Shown: piece after piece, positions 52,616 to 64,000 of the stretch | Position numbering within the stretch: position 1 is the first letter of the stretch | Layout of the letters: the number at the start of each line of letters is the position of its first letter | Assembly: GCF_030144855.1 (NCBI RefSeq) | Contig: NC_082709.1 | Coordinates: forward strand, 150,226,001-150,290,000 | Reading direction: 5' to 3' | DNA from: Hypanus sabinus | Taxonomy: Eukaryota | Length of the DNA: 64,000 nt | Notes under the pieces: generated by a model | Seen by the model: only the letters and a program-made list of their open reading frames with translations | Told to the model about the DNA's origin: nothing | The model's database searches: none | Program-made: the position numbers and the translations under genes

Positions 52616-53694
52616 TTGGGGTAATAGTCGTCTTCTTAAAGCAGGTGGGAACCTCTGAATGAAGCAAGGAGAGGTTGGTTATCTGCAAGCACCCGCCATG
52701 ATTTGAGACATTACTGAAATAGTAGGAGTATAAGAAGGATTGACTGTGGAAATGTTGATGGAATAGGAATATTATAGATTAGTTGTCATATCCTCAATCC
52801 TGTGACGGCAATATTAGCTCAGTCATAGGCCTCTCAACCATTAGAACCAGTTAAAAAGAAATATTCATCCCCAAGACTGTGATATATGATCAGGCAGAGG
52901 TTATTCACCATCTGAAACAGTTGAGTGACATTTGGCGTCTTGAAGGTGTTATATTAGATCAGTAGTTATTGGAGCATCTGTCTTGCATGCCTTATCCTGA
53001 AATCTTAGTTAGAATGGGGAAGGCTTATAAGATACTTTATCTAGTTGATAAAAATAAGATCCATGGATAAAAGCTATGCAGTTTAAAAAGGCTTTAGAGA
53101 AAAAGAAATGGATGAAGTGGCATCTGAGACAGAAGAATGTAAAAACAAAAAAAAAAATCAAAAGCTCTACCAAAGAATATGGCCAAAGGGAGACCGGGCA
53201 CTTAAGTTGTATGATTGAAATTAAATACTTGATTCTGTTCCATCTGCTTCTAGCAGGTGCTTCCATTCACAGGGATTTTCAGGATAAACAAAGATATTTT
53301 CAGTGCAGGAGATGCTAATGAATCATCTGCTTGAATTACCATATAGAAATGTTCAGGAAAGAACATTTTGTGAAAGTTTTGTGAAAGACGAGAATATTTT
53401 GTCTTTGCTCTGAGAATGTATTTTGCCCAAAATTAATTGTACACTGTTTGCATGCTTCTGGCTTTTGTACTACCTTTTGGAAAGAGTATGGCAACTGGAA
53501 TAGCTATAACACAGCTGGAATCCTTTCTGACAAACCAAGGTAGATAAAGCATAAAGAGGTTAAACCAGGCCAGAAAATTAAACATCAGTTCAACAAGAAT
53601 TCAAGACCAAGAAATAGGTCAACAGTTGGATCCCGCCGTAAGCAATAACTAACTGGTTATAACCTCAAGGACTAAAAATATTAAATTTCACTCC

Positions 53695-55100
53695 ACTCTT
53701 TAAGAAGGGAGAGAGGCAAAAGACAGGAAATAGTAGGGCAGGTAGCCTGACTTCAGTGGTTGGTCCTTTATTAAGGATGAGGTTTCAGGGTACTTGAAGG
53801 CACATGTAAAATAGGCCAAAGTCAGCATGGTTTACTTAAGATGAAATCTTCCCTGACATACTTGTTGGAATTCTTTGAGTAAATAAACAGTTAGGATAGA
53901 CAGAGGAGAGTCAGTGGATGTTGTTACTTGGATTTTCAGAAGGCATTTGACAAAGTGCTGCTCATAAGGCTACTTAATAAGATAAGAGCCCATGGTATTA
54001 CAGGAAAGAATGGATAGATGATTGGCTGACTGGCGAGGGTCAAAGAGTAAGGATAAAGAGGACCTTTTCTGGTTGGCTGCCAGAGACTAATGGTGTTCTG
54101 TAGGGGTCTGTGCTGGGTTTGCCACCTTTCATGTTATATGTTAATGATCTGGATGACAGAATTGATGGCTTTGTGGCCAACTTTACAGATGATGCAAGGA
54201 TACATGCAAGAGCAGGTAATGTTGAGGAAGCAGGGAGTATTCAGAAAGATGTGGACAGATTAGGAAAATGGGCAGAGAAGTGTCAGATGGAATACAATGC
54301 AGGGAAATCTATGGTCATGCATTTTGGTAAAAGAAATAAAGGCCTACACTATCTTCTAAATAGGGAGCAAATTCAAAAACTGGAGCTAAAAGGGGACTTG
54401 GGGAATCCAAAGTGTAGGATTCTCTAAAAGTTAACTTGCATGCAGGCTGGGTTAGTAGAAAGGAAGGCAAATGCATTCATTTCTAGAGGACTAGAAAACT
54501 AAAGCAATGATATAATGCTGAGACTTTATAAGACATTGGTCAGACCATATTTTGAGTATTGTGAGCAGTTTTGGGCACCATATGTCCTGACAGTGGAGAG
54601 GGTCCAGAGGAGGTTCATGAGAATGATTCCAGGAATGAAAAGGCTATCATATGAGAAGCGTTTGATGGCTCTGGGCCTGTACTCGCTGGAGTTTAGAGGA
54701 TTGGCAGGGGGGTATCCCACTGGAACACACTGAATATTGAAAGGCCTAGATAGGCGTCTGGATAGAGTGGACACTGAGAGGATGTTTCCTATAGTGGGGG
54801 AGTCTAGGACCAGAGGACCTGACCTCAGAATAAAAGGATGTCCCTTCAGAACAGGGATGAGGTTGATGTTCTTTAGGCAGAGGGTGGTGAATCTGTGAAA
54901 TTCATTGCCTCAGATAGCTGTTGAGGCCAAGTCATTGGATATATTTAAAATGGTGGTTAATAGGTTCTTGGTTAGTAAGGGGGTTAAAGGTAATGGGGAG
55001 AAGGCAGGATAATGGGGTTGAGAGGGATAATAAATCACCTAGGATCAAATGGTTGAGCAGACTTGAGCTGAATGGCTTGATTCTGCTCCTAAAGTTCCTA
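53695..55100 (+). mobile_element. CR1 LINE RT region and 3' end
   Basis: LDFQKAFDKV, ANFTDDARI and LYKTLVRPYFEYCEQFWAPY motifs. The tail resumes at about 55728. Confidence 0.9.
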
Positions 55101-55106
55101 GAGTAC

Positions 55107-55245
55107 NNNNNNNNNNNNNNNNNNNNNNNNNNNNNNNNNNNNNNNNNNNNNNNNNNNNNNNNNNNNNNNNNNNNNNNNNNNNNNNNNNNNNNNNNNNNNN
55201 NNNNNNNNNNNNNNNNNNNNNNNNNNNNNNNNNNNNNNNNNNNNN
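55107..55245. other. Assembly gap (139 N)
   Basis: Run of n characters. Confidence 0.99.
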
Positions 55246-55658
55246 GCACAGTACTATATTAATTTATGTATAGCACTGTAATGCTCTCACAAAAAAAAAC
55301 AAATTTCATGACACATTTGAGTGATGATAAACCTGATTGTGATATGGCATCTCCATTGTGGACTGAGAGTGGGAACAGGGCAGGAAGAAGGGAGTCCTGG
55401 TTGGGAAGAGGGGAATGGAATGGAAAGGGGACTGAGCAGGAGCTCCTGAGACACTTTCTATAATCATCAATAAACTAGTTGTTTGGAATCAAATGCCCTT
55501 GCCTGGTGTCTCAGAGCCACTGTGTCTGCACCCCTGCCCCAGCCCTCCTTCTCTGCCACCTGTCCCACACCACTCCCGTGGTACTCCACCCTTGCCATTC
55601 CCAAAATCCTTTGCTCCTGCCATATTCACAAACTCAATCTCCACTCCATGTTGACAAA

Positions 55659-55729
55659 TATGGTATTGTGCAAAAGTCCTAGGCACCTTAGCTATAAGTG
55701 TGTGCCTAAGATTTTTGCTCAGCACTGTA
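55659..55729. repeat. Hairpin MITE (Tc1/mariner-like ends)
   Basis: 28-bp arms tatggtattgtgcaaaagtcctaggcac / gtgcctaagatttttgctcagcactgta (21/28 complementary), flanked by TA. Confidence 0.7.
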
Positions 55730-58355
55730 TGTCTTATAGTCTTATGGTGTCCTGTACCTTACTTGAGTGAGAAACATCTCACTGTTCTGTGTTAATATTA
55801 GTAGATGTAAATTGGTCACCCACCTCTATGATAACTCATGCCTGTACTGAGCCCGATTCAGTCTCCACTACCCTCACCTACCTGGTCTGCATGTTGAGAG
55901 CCAAGTGGCCTCTCTGCCATCCAGGAGATATCCAGCAAGGTATACCAAGACCTGAGGTGATGTACACTTCACCCCTCACACTGCCCAACCCACCAAACAC
56001 TGTCAGCTTTTGACAAAGTGCAAGGTCAGGGACTAAAGATTTGCCTCCCCTCATTGATGGTTTGGTTATACTTTTAAACTGTCTCAAGTTATATTGGAAA
56101 TTATTAAACTTTAAATTTAAAAAAAAATTCTAAATCTATAAGTATTTAAATATTATTATGTTATTAAAACACAAAGAATTAACATAAAACATAAATTAAT
56201 ACATGTTAAAAAATTGTTACTTCAAAATAACCTGTTTTTTTTCCCTTTAATCTCCAAGTCAGAACTCCCTGTTGAAATGAATTGGACTCTGACCCGAAGC
56301 CGTCTTGCCTGGTGCAGGATTGCAGATTCATATTCCCCAGTTAATGCCTGTGATCTCCAGCAGAGTTAAGGTTTGCTCTTTCGCCCCTTGTGGACCTATT
56401 TATGGGACAGTTTGGTGGGTTTAAGGCACCAACATCTATCACTCTGCTTGTTCCTTGTGGATGTGGAGTGAGGGTGAAAAATGTGTGGGAAGTTACCAGA
56501 AGTTAGAGAAATTGATGTTCAAGCCTTTTTTTAAAGTGGTACATTAATTCTTTAAAATAATTAGGCAGTAAATTAAAGCAAACATAATTAGTTAAAAATG
56601 ACTTGATATCTTTAAGGGCAATAATCTGGTGCAATCTCATTAACAGAACTGAAAATAGGCTCAATCGCATAAAATATGCATGTTAAATCACTGTGCTAAT
56701 TTGAAACCTAGGAGCAATCACCTAAAATCACTTTAAAATGCAGCATTGAACATTTGCTGGCTATATTATGGAAAACGAAAACATTTTTAGAATGTGCCTC
56801 TTTGTGTTCCTGTTTCAAAAAATTATCCAAGTAAAATGTCCAAGCCTCTGCAAATGCCCATAAGCAAGGCAAATATAAAAGCTCCCCCAGTGATTAATTC
56901 ACTTTCAGGCTGTGCCCTGTTTTATGGCTGACCTTGGTTCTAGCACTATGTTTTAAAACCGGTACGAAATATAATAAACAACAATTTACACCGTACACTC
57001 TTAACATTCTACAAAACTTGACAGCAACTATGGTTATGCACGTTTAGCTGAGAATACGCTTGAGTAATCCAAGCAATCTGACTAACGTTGAACCAAAAAG
57101 AAAGCCTTTCTTAACATCAGGATGAACATAGAAAAGGATAAGGAATGAGAGGTGATCTTACTGAATCAAATCAGGTCCTTCAGAGGTATGATCGAGTGGA
57201 TGCCAAGTTACTTCTATTTGTGGAAGAATCTCACATGAGTGGATACAATTAAGAGATTGGGGCAACCACTTAAACCATGGTACATAGAGATTCCTCCTTG
57301 CAGTGTGTGGTGACTGTCTAGAATTCTCTCCTTTGGAGAGTTGTGGAGGTGAAATCATTGCAGGCATTTAAAGAGAAAGTAGGTATTTTTTAAAGATCAG
57401 GGAAATGACGGCAATGGGGAACTGACACAGAATGGACATCGGGTCAGAGTGAGTAGCCATGATTATTTGGAAGGTTGAGTCAAGCTTGAAGGGCTTCCCA
57501 CCTTTTTTTGTTCTAACTCTAGTTTTGTAGTCAACTCTGATTATAAGATTCTGTGTGAAAGTGTTTTTGTTAATTTATGGAATGGTGACATTGCTGACTA
57601 GGCCATATTTAATCGCCATTAATAGATAACTTGCTTTCCTGAACTTTGTGCTTGCAGGTACTCCACAGAGCAGTTGAACTTTCTTGTTGGAGGAATTCAG
57701 CCCAAAAAGGATAAAGTTATGCTGGCTTATTTCCAAGTCACGTTGATGTCTGGACTCGGAAGAGAACTTACAGGTGGTGGTGGTCCCATGAATCTGAGTG
57801 ACTTGGTGAAGTGTTGTCTAAACAGTAACTTTGTTCATAGGTTTGATAAAGATAATTTAGGGTAGGGACAAGTCCCATTGCATTTACAAAAAATTTTAAA
57901 GTGGTAGTGTTTGTTATCTTTGATATTTTCTGTGATTTATGGGCCAGGGTTTCTTCAGGTGCACAAGGTGTCACTGACATATATATTGAAAACAGTAAAC
58001 AAATAATAGATACCTAGAAGATGAGAACAAAGGTATACCCTGGTATGTTGAAAATAAACTGATGCCATTATGACTGTTCTTTTAACAAGAACAGTCTTAA
58101 TGGTTTGCTTCTACGCACAACATGGAGTGATGTCGAAGGTGAACAGGAAACATAATAACAGCACTCTTTTGGAGAAGTAAGCTACGATTAATCTAATGCA
58201 GTGAAAGCATCTTTAATTGTGTGTACTGCCTATTTCTGACTTGTCAATGTTTGTAGTCCAGCATGGAATTTGTATTACTAATCTGTTCTAAGGTCCAAGC
58301 CATTGTTAGCAGCACTGGGTGAGCAACTGATGATTGCAAATAGATTGAAATTTAC

Positions 58356-59151
58356 CTAATTCTCCAGCTGCATTCCGGCCACCCACTGCATACAGATTTC
58401 CTTTAAGGGCACTTAAATGGAAGAAGGTTCTCTTTTCATTTAGTGAACCCATCTGTTTCCAGTTGTTGTAACGGGGGTCATATCTGTACGTCGAATCAAC
58501 AGCAGTTTTTCCTTTTGTGTCGTAGTTGCTCTGCCCACCGACGACAAAGAGGAAGTTTCCAATCACAGCTACGCCATGCTGGTAACGCGGTACATCCATC
58601 GCAGCCAAGGGCCTCCATTTCTGCGCACTCTCATCAAACAAGCGCAGCTCTTTGCTCACTAGGAGTTGTTGACGGAGCACGCCACCCAGTGTTACCAGGT
58701 GGGTTGAGTTGGAACGGATCCTCGTCCTTTCCGACTGCATGATTGGTTGCATGTGTGGCAACATCTGGTAGTTGCTAGCTTCTAGTAGGAGGTTAACACA
58801 GCTAGTATCATTTCGCATGAACTCCACATTCTGCACGTGTTCGAGGAGCTCCTGTGGTGTCATCAGCGGGAAGCGAATGTTCTTCATCAGTTTTGCAGCA
58901 AACTGCATTCGGCATTCCTCATGATTCAGCCACTGACAGGTGGCCTTAAACAGCTGTAGTTCAGTGCAGCATTTTAGGCTGTCACTACTGAGCACAGAGA
59001 GAAGCTGGTCAAGGGAAAGCTTCAGAAACTCCCCATTGCTTAGCACTGTTGAGAAGTTCTTTACAATAAAGTCTTTGATAAAGTTATGCAATTTGGTCAA
59101 GTGGAATGTGTTGGCAATACGTCCAAATTCTACACAGTTTTCAACCGAGAC
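58356..59151 (-). CDS. KLHL9/13-like exon: BACK domain plus Kelch repeats 1-3
   Basis: tttaccag| acceptor and |gtaaat donor, 796 nt, phase 0-1. Reads [15 protein letters not shown]...[18 protein letters not shown]...[12 protein letters not shown]...[15 protein letters not shown]...[25 protein letters not shown]. Confidence 0.96.
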
Positions 59152-59457
59152 CTGGTAAATATAGAAGAATTTTAAAGAAACATTATGTAAAATGGACAAA
59201 TTATTATTAGTGTCATGAACATCTTATTTCGATGACACCTTCTACTGTGTCAAAGATCTTTACAGTACAGTATTCATATGTTGATTCCAGGCTTCAGCTC
59301 ACTTGTTCATATGCTGGTTGTGTTGGTGCTGAACTTACTCTATTCTGTTGGTTCATAAAGACAACACAAGAGATTCGGCAGATGCCGGAAATCTTCAGCA
59401 ACACACACAAACGGGTGGAGGGAGTCAGCAAGACAGGGAGCAGCTAACTGGTTTAGA

Positions 59458-59651
59458 AGGGTGGCACGCTAGTACAATCACTTTATAGTTCCAGTAATTG
59501 CTGATCGGGGTTCGATTCCCGCTGCTGTCTGTGAAGAGATTGTATGTTCTCCCCAAGACTGTGTGAGTTTCCTCCGAGTGCTCAGGTTTCCTCCTACATC
59601 CCTAAAATGTACAGCTTAGGGTTAATAAGTTGTAAGCATGCTTATGTTGGC
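59458..59651 (+). mobile_element. V-SINE 5' part (continues at about 60600-60845 after a CR1 insertion)
   Basis: Pol III B box ggttcgattcc and V-domain tgtatgttctcccc...tttcctccgagtgctcaggtttcctcc. Confidence 0.8.
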
Positions 59652-60600
59652 ACTGGATGATGGGGTGGTAAATTGGATTAGTAAGTATGCAGATGATACT
59701 AAGGTAGGTGGCGTTGTGGATAATGAAGTAGGATTTCAAAGCTTACAGAGAGATTTAGGCCAGTTAGACGAGTGGGCTGAACGATGGCAGATGGAGTTTA
59801 ATGCTAAGTGTGAGGTGCTACATTTTGGTAGGAATAATCCAAATAGGACATACATGGTAAATGGTAGGGCATTGAAGAATGCAGTAGAACAGAGTGATCT
59901 AGGAATAATGGTGCATAGTTCCCTAAAGGCCGAATCTCATGTGGATAGGGGGGTGAAGAAAGCTTTTGGAACGCTGGCCTTTATAAATCAGAGCATTGAG
60001 TATAGAAGTTGAGATGTAATGTTAAAACTGTACAAGGCATTGGTAAGGCCGAATTTGGAGAATTGTGTACAGTTCTGGTCACTGAATTATAGGAAAGATG
60101 TTAACAAAATAGAGAGAGTACAGAGAAGATTTACTAGAATGTTACCTGGGTTTCAGCATCTAGGTTACAGGGAAAGGTTAATCAAGTTAGATCTTTATTC
60201 TTTGGAGCGTAGAAGGTTGAGGGGGGACTTGATAGAGGTATTTAAAATTATGAGGGGGATAGATAGAGTTGACATGGATAGGCTTTTTCCATTGAGAGTA
60301 GGGGAGATTCAAACAAGAGGATATGAGTTGAAAGTTAGTGGGTAAAAGTTTAAGGGTAACACGAGGGGGAATTTCTTTACTCAGAGTGGTAGCTGTGTGG
60401 AATGAACTTTCAGTAGAAGTGGTAGAGGCAGGTTCAGTATTGTCATTTAAAGTAAAATTGGATAGGTATATGGACAGGAAAGGAATGGAGGGTTATGGGC
60501 TGAGTGCAGGTTGGTGGGACTAGGTGAGAGTAAGCATTCGGCACGGACTAGAAGGTCCGAGATGGCCTGTTTCCGAGCTGTAATTATTATATGGTTATAT
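59652..60600 (+). mobile_element. Young 5'-truncated CR1 LINE
   Basis: Intact KYADDTK catalytic motif, LYKALVRPNLENCVQFW and LERRRLRGDLIEVFKIM; (ttatatgg)n tail. Confidence 0.94.
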
Positions 60601-61677
60601 GGAAGGTTGGCGACACTTGCAGGCTGCCTCAGTGCAATCCACAGACTGTGCTGGTCAAGTTCAAAGTAAATTTGTTATCAAATTGCATACATGTCCTCAT
60701 ATACAATGCCGAGATTCACTTGCTTGCAGGCATACCCAATAATTACTCAACAGAATCAATGAAAGACCACACCTCCTTGATGCAAACAATGGATTTCACT
60801 GTAAGTTTCAATGTACACATGACAAATATAATTAATCTTAATCTTTAAGTAGTCAATGTTTCAGGCTGAGAAGTCGCAAATGAAGGGTCCTGATGAGTTG
60901 CCTAGGTCTGAAATGTTGACTGTTTATAACTCTTCGTAAATGCTGTGCAGACTACTGAGTCCTCTAATATTTTGTGTGTGTATGTTATTCAAGATTTCCA
61001 GCATCTGCAATATCTCTGTGCTGCTTGAGTGATTGAGTTCTTCCAATATTTTGTGTTCTTGAGTCAGATTCCAGTATCTGCTATTTTATTTGTTTTCCAT
61101 CCAGCTACTCTCTTCCAGTTAGAGTCGTAGGTGCTTTGTATTTCAAAATTTCGTATTAGATTACTTTTTTGATTTAAGAATTAGAAATAATTAAGCAATG
61201 GGTTTTATTTTAGAGGGCTGCAGTTTATAAACCCAGCCTCTGAAACATCATTGACATGATCAAACTCCATTTGAACCAGATTATCAAAGAGGGGAGGGAA
61301 TGACATGCAAGAAATGGGAAATTTCACTAAAAGCCTATACTGAAATACATGTCAATTCAAGCAGTGTTTGTGGAGAGGGAAATATAGTAAACATGTCAGG
61401 TCTAGGACACTTCATCTGATCTGGAAAAGTGTGCTTTACATAGCAGGGATATCTGTGATGAAGTTTCCAAAGTAAAATATTACTTTAAATATTGTGGGAG
61501 ACAAAGAAGAATCCAATTGTATCAGAAAGGTGAAGCTAATTCCATGAAGAGAGAGGAAAGCAGGGGCAGCTTAAAAATTTAAATGCAATATTAAGACCTG
61601 CGGGTTGTAATATATATAGATGGGAACCTCTTCCTCAAACTTCCCTTGAAAAATATGCCAGTAACAATGGGACAAAC

Positions 61678-61874
61678 CTGAGAAATTAGAAGCTCCTTAC
61701 AAAACTCAAGGATAGGCAATATCTGGAGGAAGCTTGCTGCTTCTAGTATGTCCTGGAGATTGTCCACATTGAGCGCCAACTTTGATGTGTAGATGAATTC
61801 TACAATATTTTTCAGTCCTATCTTGCTTATTCCATGCAGCTTGATAGAATTCAGCTCCTGTTCCTTCATGCCAC
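61678..61874 (-). CDS. KLHL9/13-like exon, BTB domain second half
   Basis: tgtcag| acceptor and |gtttgt donor, 197 nt, phase 1-0. Reads [33 protein letters not shown]...[11 protein letters not shown]...LISQ. Confidence 0.95.
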
Positions 61875-62631
61875 CTGACATCAAAAGATTTCAAGTTTAA
61901 GTATACAGTAGCATTAAACTGCAGGTCATGCTTATGGTAAGCATGCTCATTTTCCTCAGATTCTGTCTGTTAAAATGATTTTCAAAAGCTATAAACTTAA
62001 ATTACTCCAATAGTTTAAAAGGTAGGAAAGAGACTTGCCAGAGCTGAAATGAAACTGAAAAATAAAGACCCTTCCTTAGCAATAGAAAGAAGAAAAACAA
62101 TGGAAGTAAAGAGGAAAAGAGAAAGCAAAGTAGTACAGTAAGTACCCAGGAAGGGAAATTAAATGCCTAACATAGGTAGAGAGAAATTGCTTTTGTCAAA
62201 GGCTAATTGCGATAATATTCTGGTTTGTAGTGGAACAGGCCTCAGCATGTAACACATTCAATGGCTTTCCTCCATCCCCTTTGTTATTTCAGTAAAATGG
62301 GATATTGAAGGTGTGGGCCTTAGAGCCATAGGGAATGGGAATTGAGTGAGTGTTGGAAGGAGAATGTCAGGGATTGAACAGGGTGAAAAACTACAGAAGT
62401 ATATCCTTATAACACTGCACAGATTTTCACAATGCTCCTGTTACTCTACTGAAATAACCTTGGTGGATAACCAGTAAGAACTTTGTATAGATAACCTAAA
62501 CAGCAGGCAGGACAAGAGGGCCTCTATGGACAATGTCACATGGATCATGCCATCAGTTCATGTTTCTGTTCTTGCTGAGTTAGTCTTACACTTAAATAGT
62601 GAAAGGTAGAGTTAGTAGAAACATTAATTAC

Positions 62632-62764
62632 CCGTGAACATAGCCTTAAAATAGTCACTTGCTGATGCCATCATAGCTCTGTGCACAGGAAACTTTTCAT
62701 CGCTGTCTCCTGGCACCAAAGTGACATCGCAAAGTAAACCTTCATTCCTCAGGTTGTTAAATCC
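62632..62764 (-). CDS. KLHL9/13-like exon, BTB domain first half (gene is 5'-partial in this window)
   Basis: tttctttcag| acceptor and |gtaatt donor, 133 nt, phase 0-1. Reads [44 protein letters not shown]. Confidence 0.95.
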
Positions 62765-62904
62765 CTGAAAGAAAAAGAAAATTAGAACACAAAGTTCAGA
62801 ATTTATAGCTGTAAACTCCATCAGACTTTTAAAAAAGATCTAAAATGGTTTTCTAATAATGAATAAACAAATGAGATTAACACATAACATTTGTCACCAT
62901 AATA

Positions 62905-64000
62905 AGACCTTAAGATACAGGAGCAGAATTAGGCCATTTGGCCCATCGAACCTGCTCCACCATTTCATCATGGCTGATCCAATTTTCCTCTCAGCCCCAA
63001 TCTCCTGCCTTCTCCTCGTATCCCTTCATGCAATGACCAAACAAAAATCTATCAGCCTCTGCCTTAAAGATACATAAAAGCTTGGACCCCACAGTTGCCT
63101 GTGGCAAAGAATTTCACAGATTCACCACTCTCTGGCTAAAGAAATTCCTCCTCATCTCCATTCTAAAAGGATGTCTTTCTATTCTGAGGCTGTGTCCACT
63201 GGTCTTAGACTCTCCCACCATAGGAAACATCCTCTCCATATCCACTCTCTCAAGGCCTTTCACCATTTGATAAGTTTCAATGAAGTTCACCCCTCATTCT
63301 TCTGAGTTCTAGTGTATACAGGCCCAGAGCCATCAAACGATCTTCATCTGACAAGCCATTCAATCTTGGAATCATTTTCGTGAAACTCTTTTGAAAATTC
63401 TTTAGTTTCACCACATCCTTTCTAGGATAAGGAGCCCAAAACTGCCCACAATACTCCAAGTGAGGCCTCACCAGTGCTTCATAAAGTCTCAACATTACAT
63501 CCTTGCTTTTATATTCTAGTCCTCTTGAGATGCATTCTAACACTTCAACACTTATCCCACCCCCAGCAATTGCCCAGCATTGTCTTTTGTAGAGCCGTAG
63601 AGAAGGTGCTTTGGCTAGCAACTCTCTCATGCCTCTGTAATTCCCTTTACTCCTCTGTAACACTGATACCTCTGACTTTAGCTTTGCCTTCTCAAACTGC
63701 AGAGTGAATTCTGTCATATTATGATCACTACTTCATAAGGGTCCTTTTCCTTTAATCAAATCGGTTCATTGCACAACACCTAATCCAGAATAGCTGATCT
63801 CCTAATGGGCTCAACCACAAGCTACTTGGATCCAGCACTAACACAATTTTCCCAGACTATCTACATATTGCCCTTTTGACATGCCTTTTCTATCTCCTGT
63901 TGAGATCAGTAGCCTACATCCTGACTGCTGTTTGTAAGCTCCCATCAGCGTCTTTTTACCCTTGCAGTTTCTTAACTCTACACATAAGGATTCTACATCT
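62905..64000 (-). mobile_element. CR1 LINE with a large internal deletion
   Basis: Reverse tail at about 62905 and LYEALVRPHLEYCGQFWAPY motif. Near 63540 the RT C-terminus joins directly to the endonuclease-linker region (KGNYRGMRE). Confidence 0.88.

Noticed and set aside
54921-55262. ORFs running through X residues
   Set aside because: They are artefacts of the N gap.
59458-59530. Possible tRNA gene (GGTTCGATTCC)
   Set aside because: No cloverleaf forms; it is the tRNA-derived head of a V-SINE.
45100-62764. Naming the kelch gene KLHL9 or KLHL13
   Set aside because: The family is clear, but orthology cannot be settled without phylogeny and synteny, so the symbol is left blank.

Overview
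Vertebrate genomic DNA, most likely from a cartilaginous fish (ray or shark). That assignment is inferred from the mix of CR1, Rex/Babar, Penelope and V-SINE repeats. Two protein-coding genes converge tail to tail. On the + strand are the last five coding exons of WDR3 (UTP12/DIP2; 5063-8933). On the - strand are the last five coding exons of a BTB-BACK-Kelch gene of the KLHL9/KLHL13 family (62764-45100; 5' end beyond the window). All splice sites are GT-AG and all phases join in frame. The introns and the ~36 kb between the genes are filled with decayed transposable elements: many CR1 LINEs (one nearly full-length), Rex/Babar LINE ends, an R4/Dong LINE fragment, Penelope-like elements with decayed hammerhead motifs, V-SINEs, a hAT deletion derivative, two LTR-like pieces, a CR1-derived 51-bp minisatellite and a hairpin MITE beside a 139-N gap. 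I cannot support a wholly new biological system here. The best leads are the divergent, intron-containing KLHL13-like gene next to WDR3 (a possible retained ohnolog), the hammerhead-bearing Penelope family, the R4/Dong element and an IRF/ETS motif cluster. Protein and repeat identifications come from my recall of family motifs, not from database searches, and repeat boundaries are approximate unless stated.
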